Source: the human T2T-CHM13v2.0 reference genome, Homo sapiens
Length of the DNA: 64,000 nt
Strand: one strand, 5' to 3'
Assembly: GCF_009914755.1 (NCBI RefSeq)
Contig: NC_060941.1
In this document: piece by piece, positions 1-16,900 of the stretch
Layout of the letters: every line of letters starts with the position of its first letter
How positions within the stretch are numbered: position 1 is the stretch's first letter
Notes under the pieces: model-generated
The model's input: only the letters and a program-made list of their open reading frames with translations
The model's database searches: none
What the model was told of the DNA's origin: nothing
Made by a program: the position numbers and the translations under genes

Positions 1-64
<64 letters not shown>

Positions 65-66
65 AA
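1..66 (+). repeat. (GAAA)n tetranucleotide microsatellite, cut by the window edge
   Basis: About 16 perfect GAAA units. Confidence 0.97.
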
Positions 67-388
67 AAATATTTAATTTAATGATTACAAAACAGGTGTT
101 TCCCAGGCTGGAATGAGTTGCAATCTCAGCTCACTGCAACCTCCGCCTCCTGGGCTCAAGCGATTCTCCTGCCTCAGCTTCTGAGCAGCTGGGATTACAG
201 GCATACGCCACCACACTTGGCTAATTTTTGTATTTTAAGTAGAGACAAGGTTTTACCCTATTGCCCAGGTTGGTCTGAAACTCCTGGGCTCAAGTGATCT
301 GCTGGCCTTGGCCTCCCAAAGTGCTGGGACTACAGGCATGAGCCACCGTGCCTGGCAGGAAGTATATCATTTAACTACATTTTAACTA

Positions 389-997
<609 letters not shown>

Positions 998-1590
998 TAA
1001 TTAAAATTTAAAATATGTTATCTTGCCGTACTAGTATCCACTTTTTCCTCTCCTAACTTGCCCCTCTGCCTTTCTGCACATTATCAAATGGGAACGGGGT
1101 AGGCTCCCGAGCATCACAGCTCCCTCTTCTCCTGCATCTATATTAAGTTTCCTTTCCTGCCCTACCCCAGCCATCGCCACCCCACTTGAACCTGCTGCTT
1201 GTTCAGTATCTATGAGTCTCCTACTATAGCCCCTTGAAAGAAATGACACCCTTGGGAAGCGTTTCCAAGGTACAAATCCAGAGAGTCTTGTAAAGAAATC
1301 CACCAGGCATATTATAAAGGTACAACTGTTGCAATCATCCTACTCTCTTTCTCCCTTTCTTTTCATCCATGTCTCTCTCTAATTCACTCCATCTTCAGTT
1401 GGGTCTGCAGCTTCCACACCTAGGCTGAGAGGTCACAGAAGCAGAGTGTCCCACATTCTCAAGCCTCTTTGTGATGACAGCAGCAGCTGGGAAGGCTAGT
1501 GAGGCATGGCAGGGAAATTAGGAGAGAAATGGAAACTCTAGACCAAGAGAGAGCAGGTGGTTTTTTGTTTTTGGTTTTGCTGTTCATTGA

Positions 1591-1992
<402 letters not shown>

Positions 1993-2696
1993 TAAAAAAA
2001 ATTTTTTTTGAGATGAGGTTTCACTATTTTGCCTAGGCTGGTCTTGAACTTCTGAGTTCAAGCGATCCTCTGACCTCAGTCTGCTGGGATTACAGGCATA
2101 AGCCACTGCACCCAGCCACCTTCCAAGGTTCTAAACCTCTCCCCACCTCACCTCACCTCACCTTCACTATTATTTCAGCTGGACTATTCCCCACCCCTGA
2201 GTTTCTTGGAACATTTCATTTACCCTTCTGTTACAGCACCGATCACCTTGAGCCTTGTGGCATACTTTAAGCGGATGCCTCATTGCCCTTGACAGAGGTG
2301 GGTGACCACCAGCTGGGCAGGATCCCTGTCTGGTTTATACCTATGCCCGCTCTCCCCACCGGCACCTAACACAGTGTCCTTTCCATTGCAGATGTGTGAT
2401 AATGTACTCTGAGTCAACCTCCTGGCCCTTACTCCACTACAGTTGCCTTCCCCTAGAGTCTGGGGCTCTGCGTGTGCTCATTTCAACTCCCTTGCCTACT
2501 TGGAACCTCCCTCTGTCCCTCTCCTGTCCTTTCCTGTTCTTTTCTGCCACAGTTTCCATCTTCCACCCCTGCTGCCCTGCCTGGTCTCCTAGTTAAAGGA
2601 GCCGGCAATGCTCCTTTAAAGATACGCCCTTTTGGCCTGGCGTGGTGGCTTATGCCTGTAATTCTAGCACTTTGTCCGGCCAAGGTGGGCGGATCA

Positions 2697-3269
<573 letters not shown>

Positions 3270-3989
3270 TTACACCCTTAGCTCTGCTGATATCGGCTGC
3301 TCTAGAAGTTTGCACTAACCAGATTTCACCTGTTCAAAATGATAGGCAGGAAGACCTCAAACCTCAACTTGCTCCCAGGCTCACCCAGCCCTAGGAAGGA
3401 CTCTTCTTGGAACTGAGCCCAACATTAATAATACGGTAAAATGGGGAGGCAAGAGTAGCACCTGCCTTATAATCATGGTACATTAGACTTTTAATGTAGG
3501 TCGTTTTTCTTGTGGGAGGCAAGATCTAACTTGTTCTACATATGAATCCATGTAATGATAAGCTGTGATATACTGTAACTTACATTTACCCTTTTGCTGA
3601 TCTCAAAATACTAAACTTCAAAGAAGAAAATATGCCTGTGAGGACTGAATAGTCTGAATTTTTCTAATCAATGAAACACACACACACACAAAGAGCTTTT
3701 TAGAGAAATTTTTCTAAACATGACTCTGCTGTAATTAGAGGAAAGGTGTACCTGTCATGTTTTACCAATGAGATTCTTGGGCTTAAAGAGGTTTGCTGTC
3801 TGGTTCAAGGTCCTAAAGAAAGTAACTGAATCTGCTCCACTGATTCAGTACAATGAAGAGTTCAAACAAGGTCCTACAAAATGATCTCCTAGCCAAATTC
3901 TCAGTTTCTTACATATGATGCCTAAATTCCCCTTCTTAGGAAGAACATTGACAATGTGATGTAGGGTAAGTTATTATAATGGAAATCAA

Positions 3990-4740
3990 CATAACTATAG
4001 CAGATCATACCAGTTGCCTACCCCAAGTACATTCTCTCCTTCTTCCTTGCTACTTCCCTACTTCCTTTATTACTGAGGGCATCAATGCACCCAGCTAAAA
4101 GACCAGATTCCCTTTAAAACTATATGGCCTCAGCCGGGCACAGTGGCTCATGCCTGTAATCCCAGCACTTTGGGAGGCCGAGGCAGGCGGATCACGAGGT
4201 GAGGAGTTCGAGACCAGCCTGACCAATGTGGTGAAACTCCATCTCTACTAAAAATACAAAAATTAGCTGGGCATGGTGGTGGGTGCCTGTAATCCCAGCT
4301 ACTCAGGAGTCTGAGGCAGGAGAATGGCATGAACCTGGGAGGCAGAGGTTGCAATGAGCCAAGATTGCACCACTGTAGTCCAGCAACAGAGCAAGACTGT
4401 CTCAGAACAAGCAAACAAACAAAAACTATATGGCCTAATGACTAAATTCTGAACAATTAGATAAAAGCAGAAATGTTATGAAGGACCTGGGGACAGACTC
4501 CATAGAGGTAAACTTAATCAGCTGGGAGATGTGATCCTTTTGCCCTTCCCCCTTTTTTTCTGCCGGGAATACAGATGTGATGGCTGGATTTCCAATAGCC
4601 ATCTTGAACCATCACTAGCTATACACTAGAATGGTTGATTTGTAAGACAGAAGGAACCCGGGTCTAATAACTGTGAGGCTACCAAACCAGCCCTGAACAC
4701 CTCATCCATATGAAAGATAAATGAACTACCTTAGTTATGC
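3990..4740 (+). mobile_element. Old MaLR LTR (MLT1J/K-like), split by an Alu at 4133-4425
   Basis: CCCAGCTAAAAGAC and GATGTGATGGCTGG...AGCCATCTTG motifs resemble late MLT1 consensus. Boundaries are approximate. Confidence 0.5.
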
Positions 4741-4754
4741 CATTTTTTTAAAAA

Positions 4755-5090
4755 AACTTTAGATTCAGGGGATACTTGTGCAGGTTCATTACATGGATAT
4801 ATTACATAATCATGGGGCTTGGGCTTCTAGTATACCCATCACCCAAATAGTGACCATGGTACCCAATAGGTGATTTTTCAACCCTCACTCCCATTCCCAC
4901 CCTCCCCCCATTTGGAGTCCCCAGTGTCTATTGTTTCCATCTTTATGTCAATTTGTACCCGCTTTTAGCTCCCACTCACAAGTGAGAACATGCAGTATTT
5001 GATTTTCTGTTTCTCAGTTATTTCACTTAGGATAATGGCCACCAGCTCCAACCATGTTGCTGCAAAGGACATGATTTCATTCTTTTTAAA
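4755..5090 (-). mobile_element. L1 3' UTR fragment (L1PB/L1MA-like)
   Basis: TTAGCTCCCACTCACAAGTGAGAACATGCAGTATTTGATTTTCTG...CATGTTGCTGCAAAGGACATGATTTC is the reverse complement of an L1 3' end. Confidence 0.88.
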
Positions 5091-5273
5091 ATCCATTGTT
5101 ATTTTACATTTTCAATTATATGCAGCTGAATCTAATCATGACTGACAAAATAAACAGGCCTAGTAACACATTTTTATTGAGTTTTAAATGGACAAATTAG
5201 GAAGTACTTAAATATTTTTCTGTCTGTCAAATACATTATTAAATGACTATAAGCCTGTCTATTTTAATTTTTA

Positions 5274-5693
<420 letters not shown>

Positions 5694-5919
5694 TCATCAG
5701 ATATGTTCAGTTTGTGAAGATGCACTGGCTGTATGCATATTTGAAGTATTCATATTTCTCTCTATATATATATTATACATCAATAAAAAGTTTCAAAATA
5801 TACTCATTGTAAATTTATCTTTTTGAGCAGAACTAACCAGTTTAGGTAGGATTAAAGATTTTAAAAGGCTAAATACTCTGAGAATTGTGAAGATTAAATG
5901 AATAACTAATGAAAAATGA

Positions 5920-6072
<153 letters not shown>

Positions 6073-6749
6073 TGAGTAGCTGGGACTACAGGCACCCGCC
6101 ACCACGCCTGGCTAATTTTTTGTATTTTAAATTTTAGTAGAGACAGGGTTTCACCGGATTAGCCAGGGTGGTCTCGATCTCCTGACCTTGTGATCTGCCC
6201 GCCTCTGCCTCCCAGAGTGCTGGGATTACAGGCGTGAGCCACCGTGCCCGGCCAGTTTTAACCTATTTAGTTACGCATCCGTGAAAATTTCTGGAGAACC
6301 TACTATTCATCAGGCACTCAGCTATTACTCTTGGTGCTAACCTAATTGTTTGCCAATTTTTGTTTCATTCCTCCCACTAGACTATAAGCTTCATGGGGAC
6401 AGGGACTAATCTGTTTTGTTCCTGTTGCACACACAGTTGTCTAACACTAATCTGTTTTGTTCATGGTGTACACATAGTTAACACAGTGCCAGGCAATAAA
6501 TGTAATGGCTTTTAATGGAATGAATAACTGAGTTAATATATTATAGGTTAAATAACCTCTTGTGGACCACTAGGAAACTGGATTTCAAGTTCCAAAACAA
6601 CTGATTTTCATGTGATCTTTTGGAATTCATTTGTAAATTATGGGCAATCTATGGCTCTTCAGCATCAATATTCAATCATGAAGTACAAGTGAAATTTCAG
6701 GTGATTCTCTTAAAGCTTAGGAAATTATAGTGTCTAAAACATAAGGCTA

Positions 6750-7064
<315 letters not shown>

Positions 7065-7142
7065 TCACTCCTGTAATCCCAGCACTTTGGGAGGCCGAGG
7101 TGGGCGGATCACAAGGTCAGGAGATCAAGACCATCCTGGCTA

Positions 7143-7355
<213 letters not shown>

Positions 7356-8231
7356 TTAAAAAATAAAAGGGTGAAAATCATAATGCAATTATCACAAGAA
7401 ACTGTCAAAAGCCCTTAACTACACTAGTTAAAAAGAGTGGAACAGATTAACTTCTTGATATCATAATGAAAAGGCAAACACTATGACTAACACACACCAT
7501 ATCAAAATAGAACATTTTCGTTGCATGGCAAGAAAGAAAAGATGTCTGTGTTTTAAGCAATCAAAGAACAAAATTGAAAATGCAAGCAACTGGAAAATGG
7601 CAGTCCCTAGAAATTCTCTGTTAAAATACAGTAAACATATGACTATAAATTTTCAATATAATTTAAAGCATTCTCCTTGGTAGGTTAAAAAAATTGTCTA
7701 GATTCAAAAAGAGAGAAATATCAGTTTAACATCTGTAGGAGTCTTATTTTGGGAGTGCATACTCAGCCCCCCATCCTTTCTGTGGAAACTGCCTCTTGAC
7801 AAAAGGGCAAGCCTAGACAGTCATTTTTGTCAACCACTCCTACCATGGTGTATTGGACAATTGAAGATGTCTTCACCTAAGCTGAACCAATGAGAATCTT
7901 TATCCTGAGAACCTTAATCAGAAAGCCTTAAGTCTGTAGGTAGTGGTGGGCTCTAGAACTGGAAGGCCAACTAGAGTTGGAACTGAGGTTGGCACTACGG
8001 CTAACCAAAGTTTAACAAAAGCCAAAATTATGGGGAAGCAGAAAGTATAAATAATCAAAGGAAGCCCACTTGAAAAAAAAAGGAAAATGGAATATATATG
8101 CCAACAAGAGCAGAAGCAAAAGATGCTGGTTGAGGGGCATGATAGAAAAATGAGTTCTGTTCTTGAATTTTCGGTTTCTGTGAACTCTGGCTGACTTTCT
8201 TACTTTTAAAATCATTCAGGTAATTAACTAA

Positions 8232-8945
<714 letters not shown>

Positions 8946-9051
8946 TAGTAGTAAATACAAGAGAGAAAAATCATGAATTTATTGGGGTCGAGTGGGATAA
9001 TTATAATGAATATATAAACATAATTATAATGCAGTGTAGTGAATGCAATAA

Positions 9052-9298
<247 letters not shown>

Positions 9299-9650
9299 TG
9301 ACCTCAGGTGATCCACCCGCTTTGGACTCCCAAAGTGCTGGGATTACAGGTGTGAAACACCACGCCCAGCTGAGAGAAGAATATCTTACTTGGCTTATGG
9401 TGAACTTCACCAAACATTTTATTTGAAATCGTTTAAGTAGAGTTTTGTATCTTGCAACCAAAAGAATCTGCTTGGGCCAGGTGCGGTGGTTCACACCTGT
9501 AATCCCAGCACTTTGGGATGCCAAGGCAGGCGGATCACTTGAAGTCAGGAGTTTGAGACCAGCCTGGCCAACATAGTGAAACCCCGTCTCTATCAAAAAT
9601 ACAAAAATTAGCCGGACGTGGCAGCGCATGCCTTGAGTCTCAGCTGCTCA

Positions 9651-10217
<567 letters not shown>

Positions 10218-10916
10218 CTAAAAATGCAGACAGCTTACCTAGGTTAAATTTAGTCTCCATCACTCATTAACATGTGACCTAGAACATATTACATAATCTG
10301 TGTTTGCTTCTGTTTTTTATTTTACCTCATGGGATTTCTGTGAAGACTCAATGGGAAATTCATATGTAGAGCTTTAGAAGTATACCTGACATTTAATAAG
10401 TACTCATCAATTGTTAGTTGCCATTTTGATTATCGCTGTGGCTGTTATGTTAATCTTGTGTGTGTTGCAATTTGAAGAAGTGTCAGCTGGGAAAGTCTGG
10501 GTAGCGGTACTTGCGTGTGATTTCCATATTTAAAGTCTGGTCCTCAGCTTTGCTAAACTAAATTTTGTTAGTATACACAGAGACCAGCTCACATGAGTCA
10601 TACTAGCACATATATATCAATGTGCCAGTTATTTTGTCACAACAAATTTTATTGTCACACAGGACATTCTGGTGAAGGTATTGGCTCCACTGACTTGACG
10701 CAGCTATCAGAGACCCAAGCAGACCACTCTCTTCCCATTAACATATTCTCTTTACAAGCACTGTAAAATATTATTATTTTTAAATTTTTTTGAGACAGAG
10801 TCTCTCTCTGTCGCCCAGGCAGGAGTTCAGTGGCGCAATCTCAGCTCACTGCAACCTCCGCCCCCCAGGTTCAAGCGATCCTCCTGCCACAGCCTCTTGA
10901 GTAGTTGGGATTATAG

Positions 10917-11126
<210 letters not shown>

Positions 11127-12154
11127 TGATTGGATTTTGGGTGTGCCCAACCCTTCAGTTTTATTTTAACAGCAGATTTCTCAGCTCTGTCATTCCTGCT
11201 GATGGATAATCTCATCCATCACCTTTTGAGTGTTTTCTAATTTTATTTCTCAGAGAGAAACCTCAACTTCAGCTTTAGGGGTGCAGTCATTGCTAATATG
11301 AAAGATCATGTCAACCATTTACAAATAACTTTATTCAATTTAAAATTACTGTGTACTTTCAGCCATGATAAAATGAAGTAGTATTCCTTCAGTTGAGTCT
11401 AAAATTGTCTTCTCCCCATCTTCTTGGAATCCTTGCTATTTAGATAACTCCAGAGGGGCAAATGCTTAAAGTATTGACTCATCTACGTGAGAGAGAGTGC
11501 TTGGCACTTAAGTATGCTTTAATAGCTATCACTCTACGGAACAGATGTTTGTATGTTTCGTGGGCATCATAAATATTAAGAACGATGCTATAAGGTTTAG
11601 AAAGCATTTTCCATTAATTGTTAATGCTCACTGCATGGATAAGAGAGGGAAATTCCTTGGGGGAAAATCAAGAGACATTTTTATTTCTAACATTACTGTA
11701 TTTCGATTTCAGGGCTGAAACTGGAGAGAATTAGTCTCTGATTTCTGGAATATTATATGAAAATTCTAATTACTGTAATGCTTGAGTGTCCCTTGTTCCT
11801 TATAGCTCCGTATTGAGATATGTAATGTGTAGTGATAATAGGAAACATGGTGGAAGGAGAAAGCAGGGGTGGATTCAAAGGCCAGTTCCACCTCTTCCTG
11901 GCTCAAGGATCATGGATTTACTTAGCCTCTTCGAATTTAGTTATTTAACCTGTAAAACAGAAGCTAATAAAAATGACCTCATGGAGTTATGACAATTTTT
12001 TAAAAATGTGTAAAAATGCTAGGTCAATTCCTGGATTGCAGTTAATTCTTCTTTGCATCAAATTAGAGATAGTAAGTGCTTGGTGTGGGCTATGCTCAAA
12101 AAAAGCCAATGTGTGCCTAAATTCTTTAAATTTTTGGCAAGTAAAGATTGCTTA

Positions 12155-12543
<389 letters not shown>

Positions 12544-13176
12544 CTAGTGCCTGTCGATCTTTCCTATCTGCCCATGGCATTTATTCACTCATTTATTGAG
12601 GGCCCACTAGGCACTATAAAGGCAATATGGTGTCTGACCTAAACAAGCTCATAGTCTTGTAAAGGACATTGATGCAAAAACAATTACAATGTCATGGTAA
12701 GTATTACCTCTAATCAAGACAAGTTAAAGGGTGGGGGAAGGTCAGAGGGAGTACACAGTTCTGTTTAGGTAGGGGAAAGAAGCATATTAAGGAATAAGAA
12801 ATCCAGGTACCCAGGGCACCAGGACATACTGGATGCCACGAAAATGAGAAATGTGCTGGTTAACTCAGGTTTCTGTACAAAACTCTTTACCTTGCTAGTA
12901 AAAGATAATTTGCTTCTGCTTGCACCAAAGAAGACAATGCTTTCAGATGGAAATTAACAAAACAAAACAGAAGACAAAAACCTCCTCTCTAGAGCTGACC
13001 TATGTCTGTTGATTAGTTTTATCATGAGCAGCTGCAGATGAAGTCAACTGAAATTCTGAAATCAAATCATGCATAGCACCAAGCTGTTTTTTTCTGGAAT
13101 GAATTTTAAACTGTTGAACAAAGTCTAAATTTTAAATCCTTTGGTACATCTCCCAAATGGTCTGATTCAGTAAATT

Positions 13177-13213
<37 letters not shown>

Positions 13214-13822
13214 AGAGAGAGAAAGATAGAAAGAAATGAGAATAAGAATTATAGAAAAATGAAGCTGGGCACAGTGGCTTACGCCTGTAATCCCAGCACT
13301 TTGGGAGGCTGAGGTGGGTGGATTACTTGAGGCCAGCATTCAAGACCAGCCTGGTCAACACGGTGAAGCCCCGTCTCTACTAAAAATACAAAAATTAGCC
13401 AGGCGTGGTGGAGGCGCACATCCGTAGTCCCAGCTACTAGGGAGGCTGAGGCAGAGAATCGTTCGAACTGGGGAGGCAGAGGTTGCAGTGAGCCGAGATG
13501 GCACCCCTGCACTCCAGCCTCGGTGACAGAGCAAGACGTCGTCTCAAACAAACAAACAAACAAACAAAACACACACAAAGAAAAGGAAAAGAAAAAAGAG
13601 AAAAAAAAAAAGACCCTCGGCACGGTGAATCTGGGTGAATAGAGAGCATTTATTTTTCTTAGTCTTCTCAAACTTCTTTGAAGGTCTGTCTACACTTGCT
13701 GTCTCACTTTCTACCCATTCCTCAATTCACCACAACATGGCTGCTGCCTGCGCCACACCAGGTAAAGGCTCCTTCCACTTCACCAACAACTTTCTTTTTC
13801 TTTTTTTTTTTGGCAAAAGAGC

Positions 13823-13828
13823 TTTATT
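13823..13828 (-). terminator. Polyadenylation signal AATAAA inherited from POLRMT mRNA
   Basis: Plus-strand TTTATT lies about 11 nt from the start of the retrocopy poly(A) tract. Confidence 0.9.
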
Positions 13829-13959
13829 TACACACTGGCACAAGGCTCGTGGGGTGTCAGCTGAAGAAGTAGGTGGAACGCTTCACCTGCTCCAGGTCGA
13901 AGGCCCCTGGCTTGGGCACCGCCTGCAGTGTCTCCTTCAGCTGGCTGGCCTAAAAGATC

Positions 13960-16900
13960 TTCTGGGGCTCAGAGCAGAACCGCTTGACCAGGAACCTGGA
14001 CAGGTCCTGCAGGATGGGCTCGCTGTGCAAGCGGACAAACTGCTCCCGGCACACCTGGTTCATGACAAGAGACATCAGCTGCGTGCGTCCAGTAACAGTC
14101 GTGCACAGAGACGAAGGTCAGGCCCTTCCTGTAGCAGTGCAGGGCGGTGAGCATCATGTGTGAGGAGTCCAGCGAGTGGATGAAGTTGGGCGGGAAGCCG
14201 TTCTTCTGCTTTCGTGTGTTGGGCTTTCGGCTGATGTCTCCGTTGTGGGTGTAGGTGATGCTCTGAATTCCACCTCCTATTTGCTTGACCTTGGAGTCCA
14301 GGCGATACGGCTGGATGACGGGGACGCCCAGGGGTGTGACCCACTCCACCACGGAGCCCGTGTGGGAGATGAGGCGGGCGCTCTCGGTCAGCCAGTGCTG
14401 GATGGCCCGGGTCCCCGAGAACATCTCCTGTAGACTCTTGAAGACCTGGCGTACGAGATAGTGGGAGGCCTCCCACACGAACTCCTGGGGAAAGTCGTTC
14501 AGCTCCCGGAGGCGCTTCTCAATCTGCAGGCGCCCGCCATAGCGGGTGACCCCGTACACCATGGTCATCACCGTCTGCTTCACCACCTCGCGGGTGATGA
14601 AACCTTCCAGCACCTGTGCCACCCGCGTGCCCCGCTGGGCGTCTTGCCTACGGAACACCTCCACCTGCCCAGCCACGCCGCTGTACACGTCCTGCGGCAC
14701 ATCCGAGGGCTCCAGGTTGACGGAGGCGGCGCCCACGCTGTCGCGGCCCAGAGCAGCATAATGCTGCAGGCCGTTGCAAGAGCCGTCCTGATGGACGGGG
14801 AGGTGGGAGACATAGGCGGCAGGGTCGGAGGCGCGCACAGTGTTCGCCACCTCCATACAGCAGGCCAGCGTCTGCCAGGGTTCCTCCGCGCCCATCCACC
14901 ACTTTCGGCCCGTCAAGGGTTGGTCCGCGGAGTCCAAGATGTCATCCATCACCTCCTCCGCAAAGGCCAGGCGCTTCCGCAGAGGCTCCCGCTTCTTCAA
15001 CCCCGTGAGGTTGACCAGGTGGATCTTGAGCCAATCCAGGCCGCGCGGGCCGAGCGGGCGGCCCTGGGCGAACTCCAGCAGGGCCCGCGCCACGTCGCTG
15101 CCCAGGTGGTTGAAGTGCGGCGGGCAGGGGTAGGTGCGGCTGCGGAAGTCCATGTTGTGCGGCCGCCAGAAGACGCGGTCCCGCAGGTGCTGCGCCAGCG
15201 AGAGGCGGTACAGCGCTTCCGCCCGCAGGCTGTGCATCTCCCGGGCCACCTTCTGGCAGTGCGCCAGCTCCCGGCGCAGCTCGGCCTTGCGGGCAGGCGC
15301 GGCGCTGTGCGGCAGGTGGGCTTCGGGCGGCTGGGGCGCCTCGGAGGGCGGGGCCGGCACGCCTAGGTAGGGGCAGCCCTTGGCCTGGAAGAGCTGCAGC
15401 ACCAGGTCCAGCACGCGCCCGTTGACGCGCCAGGCGCAGTTGCCCAGTTGGGCGAGGGCGTCCAGCGCGCCATGCAGCGCGGTGGGCGGGCAGGTTTCCA
15501 GCAGCTCCTGGTGCTGCGTGGCGCCTTCCACCGTGCGCATCAGCTTGGTGGGGCTGAGCAGGAAGGCACCAGAGTGCGGCGATGTCCAGGGCAGCGGGGG
15601 GCAAAACATGGGTACATCCACCGCCTCGAAGGTCAGCGTGGGCTCCGTAGCCTTCTCCAGCAGCTGCACGTAGGCCGGGTGCGGCTTCAGGATGCCGATC
15701 TGCTGGACGTTGCGGAAGGAATACACGTGGTAGACCACAGGGACAAGCCGAGAGGAGCGATGCGGCTTGTCCAGGCTGCATGGCATCTGCGTAGCCTGCA
15801 CCAGCATCTCCGCCAGCAGCTTGCCCAGCTCCATCTGCACTGGCAGGGGCCAGGGCTGCTCCCGCAGGGCCTCGGGCGCCCCCAGCGCCTCACAGTACTG
15901 CCGCGGCAAGCAAGGCTCGGGCACCTCGGCGTCGGAGGCCAGCAGGCATAGGTACTTCCTGTAGTGGTTCTGCAGCGCCTGCACCTGGGCACTGACCCGC
16001 TGCCTCTGCACCACGTGCCGGCTGAAAGTGCGCGCACTCAGCTCCCGGGCCAGGGTGGTGAAGGACTCACCTTGGGCGGGCAGCGCCTGCAGGACCTGCA
16101 GGAGCATCCGCACCACCTCGCACTCGTCCAGCAGGCACAGGAAGGGGTACAGTGAGAACCGGCCCTCGTACACCTGGCGCTCTAGGCGGTTCTTGGTCTC
16201 CCGTAGCTCCCGGCACAGTGCTTTCTCCCATTGGTCCCGCAGGGTCTTCAGGGTCTTCCGCGCGTGCGTGACCTCCTTGCTTGGCAACGTGGGCTTCTCC
16301 ACGGACACCACGCACATCCTGCTGGCCAGCTCCACGTGGAGCTGCTTCTCAAAGAGGCACTGCAGGGTCTTCAGGGGCAGGTGCAGCTTCGGGTAGGACA
16401 CACGCCCATCCTTGGCATACACGTCCCTGAGCAGCTTGGAGGTGTTGACCGGGGGCGGCAGCTGCAGCGGGAGGCTGAAGGTGGGCTTCACCTTGTGCAC
16501 GGCCTTCAGAACAGTGGCCCGATCCTCCTCAGACAGGGGCACGGCGGTGAAGAGTGCCTGCAGCTTCAGCCCCTCCTGGCTCATCTGTTCCAGACACCTT
16601 TCGATGGTCCCGGCGTCCTGGTCCTGCCTCCCCATGCACTGGAGGGCAGCCGCATAGGACAGCAGGTCCGGGGTCAAGCCGGCATCCTTCACCATGAATA
16701 ACACATACACCAGCTCCTTGAAGGCACCCTGCCGCGCCCAGCCAAGCATCACGGCGTTGTACGTGTCCAGCGTGAGCAGCTTCCGCTTCTGCCGCTGGCC
16801 GTGGTGGACCACCAGCAGGTGGTGGGCGAGGGGCAGTTGGTCAGTGAGCAGGCAGCACTTGAAGAAGGCCAGGAGCCTCTGCTGCTGACCTGAGAGCTGG

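Noticed and set aside
6405-6485. ~41-bp imperfect tandem duplication (ACTAATCTGTTTTGTTC twice)
   Set aside because: Ordinary local slippage inside an L2 3' end remnant.
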